Shown in pieces: positions 16,721-26,420 of a DNA stretch of 42,002 nucleotides. Position 1 is the stretch's first letter. The number at the start of each line of letters is the position of its first letter. The notes below the pieces were generated by a model that saw only the letters and a list, made by a program, of their open reading frames with translations, had not been told where the DNA came from and did not search any database. The DNA is taken from positions 1-42,002 of IMG/VR virus record IMGVR_UViG_3300029171_000017; one strand, 5' to 3'. A program made the translations under genes and the position numbers. The stretch is from a virus. Lineage: Duplodnaviria > Caudoviricetes.

Positions 16721-17695
16721 ATGGTCATTATTGACGGAGCTTCTAAATCAATTACTGCCGTGCTAAGCGCAGCCCCTGCCACGACTAATCCAAATTTTGT
16801 CGTAAGCGGCGTGACTTACACCTCTACAGCAACCACAGGTTACCATAACGATGGTGCTCTGAATGGAACTACTCCGGTCACTCTTTTTGCGGCTCCTGGT
16901 AGCTCTACCTACCGAGAGATTAAATCGATTTTTATTTACAACGCAGATACCGCTGCCGTTACGCTCACTATCAGATTTTCCTCTAGCGGCGGGGATCGAA
17001 TAATTGATGTTTTTGAAGTTCCAGTTCAAGCGTCACTCATCTGGTCCAGAGATAACGGGTTCCGACTTATTTCGAACGGACGTATTAAAAGAAAAATTGC
17101 GGCGCCCGTAACTCGGGATCTCACTACGTTCTACCACGTCAATAATAACGCCGGGATTTCAGCCAATTATGCCGCAGCCGGAACAGCCGCATCAATTCTT
17201 ACTGATGGTATCTGCGCTGCGAATACTTTTTACGCACGAAGTTTTGTCGCCCCATATCGAAAAAATCCGGTGTTAGACCGTGTTGGATTATATGTGACAT
17301 CAGGAGTCGCTTCATCTAATGCACGAATTGGAATTTATGCCAATTCTCGCTCGATTAGCACCCACTACCCTGCTGAACTTTTGTTTGATTCAGGGGACTT
17401 ATCAGCTGCCACCAGTAACACCGAACGAACCGCAGCGCCTAATTTAACACTCACTCCAGGGGAGGTCTATTGGGCAATAATTTTTGCTTCGGACGCCTTT
17501 CGTCTCCGCGCTTCAGCCGCACCATTTCGGCCGTTTCCACTAGTCACGGACACTCTTAACTCATCTACACCGCCTAATTTACTGTCTGGATCTGTTACCG
17601 GTTTGACCTATGGAGCATTTCCAGCCATATTTCCGTCTGGTGTTTCTGGGTCGGTCTCCACTCTGTGCATTGTATTTTTGAGGTACTCCGCGTGA
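16721..17695 (+). CDS. Beta-rich virion/fibre-associated protein, paralog A
   Basis: 324 aa, Ser/Thr/Ala-rich; aligns along its length with the next ORF; both end in LRYSA. Confidence 0.7.
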   Translation: MVIIDGASKSITAVLSAAPATTNPNFVVSGVTYTSTATTGYHNDGALNGTTPVTLFAAPGSSTYREIKSIFIYNADTAAVTLTIRFSSSGGDRIIDVFEVPVQASLIWSRDNGFRLISNGRIKRKIAAPVTRDLTTFYHVNNNAGISANYAAAGTAASILTDGICAANTFYARSFVAPYRKNPVLDRVGLYVTSGVASSNARIGIYANSRSISTHYPAELLFDSGDLSAATSNTERTAAPNLTLTPGEVYWAIIFASDAFRLRASAAPFRPFPLVTDTLNSSTPPNLLSGSVTGLTYGAFPAIFPSGVSGSVSTLCIVFLRYSA

Positions 17696-18666
17696 GCGTA
17701 GGATTAGACACAACTACCAAATCTGTTGAGATTATTTTAGGTGCTGCCGTTGTTACTGATGAATGCGACATCACAGCGGCCTGGGTAGACCACAGTAGTA
17801 CCGCAGTTACTCCGGGCAGCACCGACACAATTTCAGCAGGCACCTCAGCAGTCACCGCTGTCGCATCTCCAAGTTCGGGTATTGTGCGGCAGGTATTATC
17901 ACTGTCAGTCCATAACGCGGACACCGAAATCGTGACGGTGACTGTTCGGCTCAATAATAACGGAACTTTTCGTCCTATTGTCACCACGACGTTGTTTCCG
18001 AATGAAACGTTATACTACGGGGCTCATTCGGGGATTTCGGTGTCTTCGGGCGGTTCGATTAAAACAGAAGATGAATTTCAGCGAGCTGGCAGTCTTTTGT
18101 CGGCTTCTCATGTGGGCGGTGCGGCAGGCATCTCAGCTAATTATCAGGCCGGAATTGTCACGTCCGCCGCCGGTTCGACGCTGACCCTCACGAATAATCT
18201 TTTGATAGCCCTGCCGTTTGTGGCGCCACCAAGACTGTCAATTTTAAATCGCATTGGTGTGTACGTGACAACTGGTGTGGCTTCATGTGAGGTTAGATTA
18301 GGTATCTACACAGCAACCTCAGAGACTAATTTGTACCCCAATGCGTTAATTGTGGACTCGGGGGTATTATCCATAGCGACCTCATCGGCAGCCGCTGCGG
18401 CGACAATTAACACGCAACTCATATCCGGTCGACTATACTGGGCGGTCTTGAATGCGAACGTACCGTCTGGATCTCCGGTAATTCGTTCCGCCGTTGTTAA
18501 CGGTCTGTATCCGATATTCGGAGTTCCTGATGCGTTAAGTACTACCGCTCCTCAATGCGGATTGTCAGGAACACGCACCTTTGCCGCGCTCTCAGCGACT
18601 TTCCCAGCTAGCATCGCCGCCTTGGCAGCCCAGGGTCCGGCAATTTCGTTGCGTTATTCTGCATGA
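17692..18666 (+). CDS. Beta-rich virion/fibre-associated protein, paralog B
   Basis: Likely GTG start at 17692 (GTGA overlap, SD GAGG); shares NADT..VT.T.R, AGISANY, FVAP, G.YVT.GVAS, YP..L..DSG and YWA with paralog A. Confidence 0.7.
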   Translation: MSVGLDTTTKSVEIILGAAVVTDECDITAAWVDHSSTAVTPGSTDTISAGTSAVTAVASPSSGIVRQVLSLSVHNADTEIVTVTVRLNNNGTFRPIVTTTLFPNETLYYGAHSGISVSSGGSIKTEDEFQRAGSLLSASHVGGAAGISANYQAGIVTSAAGSTLTLTNNLLIALPFVAPPRLSILNRIGVYVTTGVASCEVRLGIYTATSETNLYPNALIVDSGVLSIATSSAAAAATINTQLISGRLYWAVLNANVPSGSPVIRSAVVNGLYPIFGVPDALSTTAPQCGLSGTRTFAALSATFPASIAALAAQGPAISLRYSA

Positions 18667-18694
18667 GCTATAATTTAGTATTGGAGACTTATCT

Positions 18695-19012
18695 GTGGTA
18701 ATGAAACGAATTTACGGGCCGACAGCAGCGCCAACCTCGCCCACAACCCTTTACACGGTGCCTGCCGGAGTATCCGCCACGTTGCGACATATTCATATTC
18801 AAAACCCTGGCGGCGGCTCGTCCCGAACTATCACCATGTCGATCGGTGCGGACGCAGCGGGTACGCGCATTCTGGACACTTACGCAATTGCTGCGGGTTC
18901 TTATTTATCACTCTACGGCCCGTTTATTTTAGCGGCGGGCGAAGTATTGCAGGCCACAGCCAGTAATGCCGCTTTAGTCATAACGATTGCCGGGGAATTG
19001 ACAGCTGTATGA
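18695..19012 (+). CDS. Small beta-rich virion protein
   Basis: 105 aa; TTLYTVPAG...LRHIHIQN resembles the N-terminal domain of the two paralogs (TLFAAPGS...IKSIFIYN). Confidence 0.65.
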   Translation: MVMKRIYGPTAAPTSPTTLYTVPAGVSATLRHIHIQNPGGGSSRTITMSIGADAAGTRILDTYAIAAGSYLSLYGPFILAAGEVLQATASNAALVITIAGELTAV

Positions 19013-19290
19013 GATCCATTCAGACAAATAATGGTCCAATATCTTGTGGAGATACCCAGAGAGCGGACCGTCGAGTGCGAATTAATGGTCGTCCTATCGT
19101 GATTGTTGGTGATCTATCTGAAGGTCATGAAGGATTTCCGCCGACTCCCGCGATTGAGGGACATAAAAGTGTTTTAGTAAATGGCGTGCCGATTGTTTGT
19201 TTTGGCGATAGGTATGCTAATCATAGTAACGGATCTGCTACTCACACAGATCGACGCGCAGTTGAGGTTACTGGTGTAAGGGCCGGGTGA
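19009..19290 (+). CDS. PAAR-repeat spike tip protein (T4 gp5.4-like)
   Basis: VRINGRPIVIVGD..EGH..FPP.PAIEG..SVLVNGVPIVCFGD...H: PAAR-type repeats with metal-binding His residues. Confidence 0.88.
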   Translation: MRSIQTNNGPISCGDTQRADRRVRINGRPIVIVGDLSEGHEGFPPTPAIEGHKSVLVNGVPIVCFGDRYANHSNGSATHTDRRAVEVTGVRAG

Positions 19291-19303
19291 TGCCGGAGAT
19301 GGT

Positions 19304-21007
19304 ATGTTGAGCTATACAGACGACTCGTTATTCCTTTCTCCGACTTCTTACTTGGAGGCGGAAAAAATCGCTTCCACCACTTTAAGTCGTGATGGTGATT
19401 CTTGGGAAGAGGAGATTATTAAAGAGCTGCACCAGTCACATCCTTATTTAGTGACTCGCAACATTAAAATCTTCATCACAAAAAGTGATCCTGAGAATGG
19501 TGTCGGCATCGGGTCTATTCATTTAGACAATAAACTGGTCATCCCGATTATCATTGATCGATTTAAATTGGCCCCTTTAGATCTGATGTGGGATGAAAAT
19601 CAGCTACTGCCTCTGACACGGCATTCTTTAGAAAAGAAGGTGCAGGAAACGGCTAACGGGAAACCCACAATGCCAGGCACAGGCGAAGCGACCGACGTGT
19701 CGTTGTACAGCCGTATGCAGCCTCCGTTTGATGGGAAATATAGCTACGCCAGCTTCGCCGCTGAGGGCGAGTTACCTGTTATTACGCGAGCACTAGAAAA
19801 ACTCAGCGATGTAGATCGAGAGTGGATTGCCCGTTCCCCGTCATTACGCTCAGTATTTTCTGCTTATGTTACGAAAACTGCGCAGGCTACGAAGGGGAAA
19901 AAGGATGACCTTTTCACACTCACCCCGTATGTGGACTCTCATAAGGGTTTTCAAAAGATTGCCTCTTGTGGTGTTTTCTCTATTCCAACTGACAAGGGGC
20001 TTGTTCCTGGGATAGTCTTCAACAAGATTTTTGATGTTGAAGGCAACATCATGGATAAGGTTGGTTTTATCGCGGCTATTGATGGAAGCGGGCGGCATAC
20101 TGCAATTATGCCAGATCAGTCTGTTATGGGTCGTCCGCTAACGACCGGAACAGTGCAGGTCTCAACTCCAGCTGTCGGGGATTCCGGCATTTTCTTCAAG
20201 ATTGCGTCCGGGGCAATGATCTGTTCCCGACCAATTAAACTGGCCTTTGCCTCAGCGAATAGTTCATTCGGCGCCGTGATGGATGGCAGAACAATAAAAA
20301 TTGCCACATCGAAAGATTTTCAGTCGCCTACTTACGTCGATAAGACGCTCATTATTCCGGAGGATTGGGGCTGGTTGAAGGTTGCGTCTAAAGTAGTGCC
20401 CTTGACTAAAGTTCTGTCCCAAGGCTCTGGTCCGCAAGTTCGTGTGGCGTTTGATGGTCATAATTACGGTGCCGAAGTCGGTGATGCTCAGGAAACTGGT
20501 TCGAAGGAGTGCGTCGCCACATTTCTATCAGACAAGTTAGGGCATAGAGCTGCGAAGTTAGCGATGGCTTCGTTGGTAAACCAGGGAGATTCTGCGACAT
20601 TTTCACTTGCAGCTTGTAAAGTACCGACCTTATCGGCTACCGTAAAACCGATTAATCTTTGCAAAGAGGCGATGTACATCGTACCTTCTGCTGAGTATTG
20701 GCTTCCGTTAGGACCGCGTCAGCAGCGTGTAAAAATTGCTGCGGTTACGGATGATGCGGCTAAACAAACGGTAGACGCCCTATTAGGTTTGAACTTTTTA
20801 AATCAAGAGACCTTGCACCGGTTCCTATCGAAAATCGACTTAATCGATACGGCTCGGAATGAAGTTGCGAAATTATTACTTGCGTCTCGCATGGGTCTCG
20901 ACGTAGACTCTCGCCCGCTGCGAACAGCGATGTTCGCACTTGAGTCGGTCAGTCGAGATCTAAAGGAGCTGCGTAATGGCGCGGAAATTGAAGAGCAAGA
21001 AGGATGA
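19304..21007 (+). CDS. Large hypothetical head-associated protein rich in K-x-A motifs
   Basis: 567 aa, SD GGAG; EKIAS, QKIAS, FKIAS, LKVAS, VKIAA and others; helical C-terminus. Confidence 0.75.
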   Translation: MLSYTDDSLFLSPTSYLEAEKIASTTLSRDGDSWEEEIIKELHQSHPYLVTRNIKIFITKSDPENGVGIGSIHLDNKLVIPIIIDRFKLAPLDLMWDENQLLPLTRHSLEKKVQETANGKPTMPGTGEATDVSLYSRMQPPFDGKYSYASFAAEGELPVITRALEKLSDVDREWIARSPSLRSVFSAYVTKTAQATKGKKDDLFTLTPYVDSHKGFQKIASCGVFSIPTDKGLVPGIVFNKIFDVEGNIMDKVGFIAAIDGSGRHTAIMPDQSVMGRPLTTGTVQVSTPAVGDSGIFFKIASGAMICSRPIKLAFASANSSFGAVMDGRTIKIATSKDFQSPTYVDKTLIIPEDWGWLKVASKVVPLTKVLSQGSGPQVRVAFDGHNYGAEVGDAQETGSKECVATFLSDKLGHRAAKLAMASLVNQGDSATFSLAACKVPTLSATVKPINLCKEAMYIVPSAEYWLPLGPRQQRVKIAAVTDDAAKQTVDALLGLNFLNQETLHRFLSKIDLIDTARNEVAKLLLASRMGLDVDSRPLRTAMFALESVSRDLKELRNGAEIEEQEG

Positions 21008-22052
21008 ACCCGCGTCGCCAGCGTGGCTGACTTATCAGGAAATTTTGAATCGTTACAATCTGTCGATGGCGACAGTTCAAAAATTTATTAGTCGTGGCTT
21101 ATTATCGTCGTGGACTCCTAAAACTGAGAATGGTGTTTCTCAGTATCTTATCACTGAAGCCAACGATTTTATTCTAAGAATGGGGGCTGCCTGTCCTTAT
21201 TCGATACGTGGATATAAGCCACCATTTTTACGATTTCTTTTGCTGAAGTTTCTCTCACTGACAGATGAGCAAATTCTATTGGACATGGCCAGCCGACGAA
21301 TTGGTGGGCGAAGTTTGTCCGTCGAATCACTGTCGGCCCTAAGACGAGGACTGGCTGACAGCTTGCCTGAGTCTGTTCGTCCTTTTTTGACGGGTGTTTT
21401 GCCGAAAACCGCTGAAGATATGGATAGATTAGAAATCTATACGGTGGTGGCCGGAGTACAGACTGCTTATCGAAATCCTGAAATTCTGGATCAGTTTTAT
21501 TTCATCTCTGAGGACCAAGGACATTACTTCACCCAGGTTTCAATGACCGGCAGCGCCCCTTCTGAATGCACCCTGGCTTGTAATAATATCGCCGGGTCGA
21601 CTGTGTTTTCCGGTGTCGGCTTTCATACATTTAGACATCTTTTTGCAGATTTTCGATTTTGTAATGAAAAATCGATAAAGTGGTTCCTTCGAGGTTGCCC
21701 TCCATCACAACGAGAGTTTTATCTGATTGCCAAGACTAATCCGTTGGCATCTTATTTAGTTGAGGTAGGAGCGGAAGTCGATTTTAAGAAGTCGCTGAAG
21801 GTAGCCGGTATTCGTATGACGAGAGCTATGATAAACCAGCTTAGCGTCGGAACTCCAGACAGCATTCAGTTAGCAGTAAAATTGAGCCCAGCAATCGTTC
21901 GTTTATGCGATTTTATTGGAGAGGGTTCTTCGACCAAAGGATTACCGATGCCGATAAGAGATCTCTCGGCAGAGGCGGCACCGATCGCGGAATACGACTA
22001 CAACGAGAAGTTCCCGAACAGTGTTTCGGATGAGGCACGTCGTGCGCAATAA
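20976..22052 (+). CDS. N-terminal HTH protein, possible terminase small subunit
   Basis: SD AAGGAG; WLTYQEILNRYNLSMATVQKFISRGLL resembles an excisionase/MerR-type HTH; lies directly upstream of TerL. Confidence 0.5.
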   Translation: MARKLKSKKDEPASPAWLTYQEILNRYNLSMATVQKFISRGLLSSWTPKTENGVSQYLITEANDFILRMGAACPYSIRGYKPPFLRFLLLKFLSLTDEQILLDMASRRIGGRSLSVESLSALRRGLADSLPESVRPFLTGVLPKTAEDMDRLEIYTVVAGVQTAYRNPEILDQFYFISEDQGHYFTQVSMTGSAPSECTLACNNIAGSTVFSGVGFHTFRHLFADFRFCNEKSIKWFLRGCPPSQREFYLIAKTNPLASYLVEVGAEVDFKKSLKVAGIRMTRAMINQLSVGTPDSIQLAVKLSPAIVRLCDFIGEGSSTKGLPMPIRDLSAEAAPIAEYDYNEKFPNSVSDEARRAQ

Positions 22053-25000
22053 ACCTATTTGTTCTTCATTCTCGTCAATTCACGACGATGAATTTATTGA
22101 CGAGCAGGTGGACGAAGCCAATCTTGACTCTTCATTTTATTCTTGGGACGATGTTGCTGATGCTGACCCTATCTTATCGGAAGAGGACTCCGAGGAAAAT
22201 AATGAAAATAGGGCGGCAGCATTGCGGGCTATTGAGGCTGCAAATTCTCGTCAACTATCTGATTACGTAGAGAAATATATTACTGTCGAATCTCGTCCTT
22301 TCAGGTTTATTTCAGAGTTTCCTGGGATCGGCGGAGTGCGTTCTGTTCATGATAGAACTTATCTACGGCCTCTGTACGATTTGGCGAAGCAATACCCTAT
22401 CGGCAGTCGAAATCAGGTTTGGTCTTGCGGACGTCAGGTCGAAAAATCGGTTCAGTGCTTAAGCCGTGTTTTGATGGCAGACGGATCTTTGCAGCGTGCC
22501 GTAGATATTCGTGTCGGTGACCGTGTTATCGCGATCGATGAACGGTCATACAGAGCGTCAATTCAGACGGTGACTTGGAAATCTTCCGTATATGAGAAAC
22601 CGTCGGTTCGCATTACGACACGACAAGGTCATTCTGCCATTTTCGGTCACGAGCATCCGATCCTCTCCTCAGGTAACTGGGTTAAATCTGAGGATATCAC
22701 CTTAGGTGATCGAGTAGCCGTCATAGCTTCATTTGAACCGGAGACACAGACTGAGGATCGTGATGCAGAGGCTTGGGCGCGTCTTTTAGGCTGGCTCGTT
22801 TCAGAGGGTTACGTCGCAAAGGATATCACGTTCACGAATTCGGATCCTGCTGCCTTAATGGATTTTCAAGCGGCATTGACTGCCGCCATACCAGAAGCTA
22901 CGTGGGGCGTTTCGGCAGTACGAAATGCGTCGGGTATCGAGCATGCCTGGTCCGTTCGCGTACATCGAGCCACATCGACTGTTCTCCAGGCAAGAATTTC
23001 TGAGGCATCATCTTTTAAGAAACGTGTACCGAGTTGGGTGTTTTCTCAACCCCAAAAGATCCGAGCCACATTTATAAATCGGTTATGGGGAGGCGATGGA
23101 TCATGTTTCCAACCAACGAAAAGTAAATACGATATTACGTACACGTCTGTTAGTTTAGATCTGTGCAGGGATCTTCAAGCTCTTCTGTGGGGTTTTGGTG
23201 TCCCGACATCCTTGCGTAAATTCACCCCTTCTATGTATAAGCAGACTGATAAAGTGGCTTGGCAAATCCGAGTCGAAACTCAGCGAGGGGTGCGCCGATT
23301 CCTGACCCAAATCGGCGCTTTTGGAAAGCCTCTTAGTCCACCCGCATCGATCTCAAATAATAATCGTGATACTCTGCCGAAATTGGCTATTCAGGACGAG
23401 ATTCATCGCATCTACACAGAAACAGAATCCAGGGACCGCAATTTACGCAAGGGGATCAGCCTCCATAATTCCGGTTTACGCGTCACGTTGAAGCACGCTC
23501 CAACTCGCAACAAAGTTGCGGGTTATGCGTCGTCCTTTAGTGCCCTCGGTTTGGATGTATCGTCCTTAACTCGGTGGGAGTCCGACGCTTTGTTCTGGGA
23601 CGAGGTTATAGAAGTCTCTGGTGCAGGAGCGACGAAGTGCGTCGACTTCACTGTGAGTGAGCATCACAATTTTATCGTGGAAGGTTTTGTCACTCACAAT
23701 TCCACGTCTCAATCGGCGAAATGTATTACTCTGGGCGCCATTATTCCTTCTTTTAAAACACTATATGTAGCCCCTCGGTTTGGTCAGGTGAGTGTGTTTT
23801 CCAGTCAGCGGTTTAAGCCGATGGCGGAAGATAGCCGAGAGCTGGTCAATGAAGGACTTGTACAGCCCTCACGAACTCTGTGGCAAGTCAGTGCAAAAGA
23901 GTTCACAAATCGCAGTTTTTTTAATTTTCGGTCCTGCTATATCACAGCCGATGGTTGTCGCGGTATTACCGCGCACGCTCTCTTAATCGACGAAGTTCAA
24001 GATATTATTTCAGATAATATTCCTGTGCTGGAGGAGTGCCAGTCTCACTGGGGCTGGGAGACCGGGCTCCGCTATCGGATGTACGCCGGGACGCCAAAAA
24101 CATCTAATAATACTCTAAGCCGTCGGTATCGACTATCGTCGCAATTTGAATGGATTGTGCGCTGTCATGCGTGTAGTCACGACAATTTTTTAGATGATAA
24201 AGTCGTAGGAAAAAACAGCTACATATGCACCCGCTGCGGCAAGCCGATTTTCATGCGGGACGGTCGCTGGGTTCCAATGAACCCCGCTGCCCTATCGAAA
24301 TGCTGGGGTTTTAGAATTTCTCAGATGATGGTGCCGTTTAAAACGCATGCGGACATCAAAGAGAAAATGGAAGATCCAAATGTTTCACAGTTGAAATTAA
24401 ATAATGAAGTTTTCGGGCTATCATACGATGAAGGCGAGTTAATCCTTACCGAAGCTACAATGGTCAAAAGCTGCGTGGCGGCTCATCATAATATGACTCC
24501 GACTGAGGTTGGTCGGCTGGCCTCGTCAGAGCATATTATTGTGGCTGGAATTGACCACGGTACCGGGGAAGGCGATTCTCCGTCATACACAGTTTTGGTG
24601 CTGGGTACCTACGACCGCTCATCGGGAGGTTTGCGTGTTCTTAGCATTACAAAATTCATTGGTCGAATGGCTGCATTAACTCCGCAACCAGGCATACTGA
24701 ACACCATGATGCGAGACGCCAATGTCACCTTGGCTTTCTCGGACTGGGGATTCGGCGCCCATCAAAATGCTCGGCTTGTTGATGAGTTTGGCTGGACCCG
24801 TGGTCCTTCAAAACGAACCCTTGGCGAAGTTCAGTATGTGGCGCAGAGACAATTGGCGGTTTATGATCCGGTGGCTGGCAGATATAAATTAGATCGAAAT
24901 CAGTCGATGATCGCGTGCATCGACTCGATTAAGATGGGGCGCATAAAGTTTTTTAACGAGAGCGCCATGCGACCATTTTTTACGGACTTTGTGACAATCT

Positions 25001-25170
25001 ACTCAGAATTTAACGAGACGTACGGCACGATGAAATTTGATCACGTAGAGCCGGATGATGTCTTTCATGGCGTAAACCTGTGTTACCATGCAAGTTCAGC
25101 GATACGTGGAATTCTAGTTCCAAATGTTTGGGACATGACGAAGCTGGATGTTGATAATATAGGGTACTGA
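22021..25170 (+). CDS. terL: Terminase large subunit (intein-containing)
   Basis: After splicing the Walker A reads GRQVEKST; Walker B LLIDEVQD, motif III AGTPKT, Cys pairs, nuclease motifs AGIDHG, FSDWG and PDDVFH. Exact start uncertain (22021 or 22030). Confidence 0.92.
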   Translation: MFRMRHVVRNKPICSSFSSIHDDEFIDEQVDEANLDSSFYSWDDVADADPILSEEDSEENNENRAAALRAIEAANSRQLSDYVEKYITVESRPFRFISEFPGIGGVRSVHDRTYLRPLYDLAKQYPIGSRNQVWSCGRQVEKSVQCLSRVLMADGSLQRAVDIRVGDRVIAIDERSYRASIQTVTWKSSVYEKPSVRITTRQGHSAIFGHEHPILSSGNWVKSEDITLGDRVAVIASFEPETQTEDRDAEAWARLLGWLVSEGYVAKDITFTNSDPAALMDFQAALTAAIPEATWGVSAVRNASGIEHAWSVRVHRATSTVLQARISEASSFKKRVPSWVFSQPQKIRATFINRLWGGDGSCFQPTKSKYDITYTSVSLDLCRDLQALLWGFGVPTSLRKFTPSMYKQTDKVAWQIRVETQRGVRRFLTQIGAFGKPLSPPASISNNNRDTLPKLAIQDEIHRIYTETESRDRNLRKGISLHNSGLRVTLKHAPTRNKVAGYASSFSALGLDVSSLTRWESDALFWDEVIEVSGAGATKCVDFTVSEHHNFIVEGFVTHNSTSQSAKCITLGAIIPSFKTLYVAPRFGQVSVFSSQRFKPMAEDSRELVNEGLVQPSRTLWQVSAKEFTNRSFFNFRSCYITADGCRGITAHALLIDEVQDIISDNIPVLEECQSHWGWETGLRYRMYAGTPKTSNNTLSRRYRLSSQFEWIVRCHACSHDNFLDDKVVGKNSYICTRCGKPIFMRDGRWVPMNPAALSKCWGFRISQMMVPFKTHADIKEKMEDPNVSQLKLNNEVFGLSYDEGELILTEATMVKSCVAAHHNMTPTEVGRLASSEHIIVAGIDHGTGEGDSPSYTVLVLGTYDRSSGGLRVLSITKFIGRMAALTPQPGILNTMMRDANVTLAFSDWGFGAHQNARLVDEFGWTRGPSKRTLGEVQYVAQRQLAVYDPVAGRYKLDRNQSMIACIDSIKMGRIKFFNESAMRPFFTDFVTIYSEFNETYGTMKFDHVEPDDVFHGVNLCYHASSAIRGILVPNVWDMTKLDVDNIGY
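22447..23700 (+). mobile_element. Intein with LAGLIDADG homing endonuclease (418 aa) in the TerL P-loop
   Basis: Block A SVQCLSRVLMADG (Ser1), block B GHEHPIL, LAGLIDADG blocks LLGWLVSEG and FINRLWGGDG, blocks F/G CVDFTVSEHHNFIVEGFVTHN followed by Ser+1. Confidence 0.93.
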
Positions 25171-25225
25171 GATAGACTCAGATATAGACGGCTTACACTC
25201 TTAATAGTAACTATCTGGGGTCCTT

Positions 25226-26410
25226 ATGATTACTACGACACAGCTTCAGCTAATGGCCAAGCAGGCCGTCGATATTGCGTCCGCCAGCTCAGGGCCAGTT
25301 TCTTTGGATAGTGCCATTGCCAAAATTGCTCAGGACTCAGATTTAAATCAGCATTCTTTGAAGCGATTGACGGAACTGGTAAATCACGAAATGAACGATC
25401 GTTTGCGGAAAACCGCCACCGATCGCACATTTACGTTTAATCTGGCCAGCCTTTCCGGCGTCTTGCAAGAGATGCCTCATCTTCAAAATATGCCGAAGGT
25501 GGCCGCGCATCAGATCCGCTCTCAGCTCGCTAAGCATGTTGGCTCTGAGTCTCGAATTTCCTTGGATAAAGTTGCCTCTGCGATCACTGATTCTCGGCAA
25601 GTATCAGTTCTACAGACTAAACAAAACCTGAAGAAAATTGCCAATTGGATCGAGACACACTATAAGCAGTGTTTGGCAAAGCAGGCCGGGCTGCATGCAG
25701 CGATTGGTGAGGGTTTAGATGAACTCATCCGTTACGCTTCCACATACGTTATGGACGGTAAAGATTTTTCGGATCTGAAGAAATTTGCGTGCAGTGCATT
25801 CCCTCAAAACTTACGTGTGTGGGATGTTCTTTTTGACGAAGTTCACTCAAAAGTTGCTGCTCGATTGTTGTCGCCGAAATCACCTAACACTAAATTAGCC
25901 GCACGACTGGCTCCGCCCGCTAAAGGAGCTGATCTACCTTATCAGGTCATAAATGGTTCATCGAAATTTATGACCTTTCTGGATACGATGAAAAATAAAA
26001 TTTCTGCCGAAGATCAGGCAGCGCAGAGTACTAACCTGCTGAACACCTTCGGTCCCGCTATTACGGTTGGAATGACCCGAGTAGAAACCGTGGATGAGGT
26101 GCGGGATTACCTGAAAGAGCACATCGAGAAATTTGCAGAAAATTGCTCTGATCTGTCTTTCGTAGAAAAAAACATCGAGAAATTGGCGGGAGCCATTATG
26201 TCCGGCCTCGGTGGTTTAGCCAAAGAAGTGGGCCGGGCCGGGGCCGGAATTGCTAAACGAACTTGGCGACCGGCACTTCGTTATGGAGCCCCGTTGGCTG
26301 GCGCCGCGCTTGCTGCGGATGCCCTTGGTGACGCCACGAAAAAGAATTTAGGGGACTACCGTCCGGGCGCTTATCGGGGTGTTGATGCGGGCGGGACTAC
26401 AGGTCAATAA
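25226..26410 (+). CDS. Putative internal head protein, K-x-A rich, Gly/Ala-rich C-terminal helices
   Basis: 394 aa with 13 K-x-A sites by my count; tail after EKLAG is amphipathic/hydrophobic. Confidence 0.7.
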   Translation: MITTTQLQLMAKQAVDIASASSGPVSLDSAIAKIAQDSDLNQHSLKRLTELVNHEMNDRLRKTATDRTFTFNLASLSGVLQEMPHLQNMPKVAAHQIRSQLAKHVGSESRISLDKVASAITDSRQVSVLQTKQNLKKIANWIETHYKQCLAKQAGLHAAIGEGLDELIRYASTYVMDGKDFSDLKKFACSAFPQNLRVWDVLFDEVHSKVAARLLSPKSPNTKLAARLAPPAKGADLPYQVINGSSKFMTFLDTMKNKISAEDQAAQSTNLLNTFGPAITVGMTRVETVDEVRDYLKEHIEKFAENCSDLSFVEKNIEKLAGAIMSGLGGLAKEVGRAGAGIAKRTWRPALRYGAPLAGAALAADALGDATKKNLGDYRPGAYRGVDAGGTTGQ

Positions 26411-26420
26411 GGAGTAACTC

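Noticed and set aside
15582-19012. Diversity-generating retroelement or invertible tail-fibre switch
   Set aside because: No reverse transcriptase or invertase, and no near-identical nucleotide repeat pair differing at adenines; the paralogs are diverged throughout.
22447-23700. Class 3 intein
   Set aside because: Has a nucleophilic Ser1 and Asp at the usual block F position; the class 3 catalytic Cys is not at that position.
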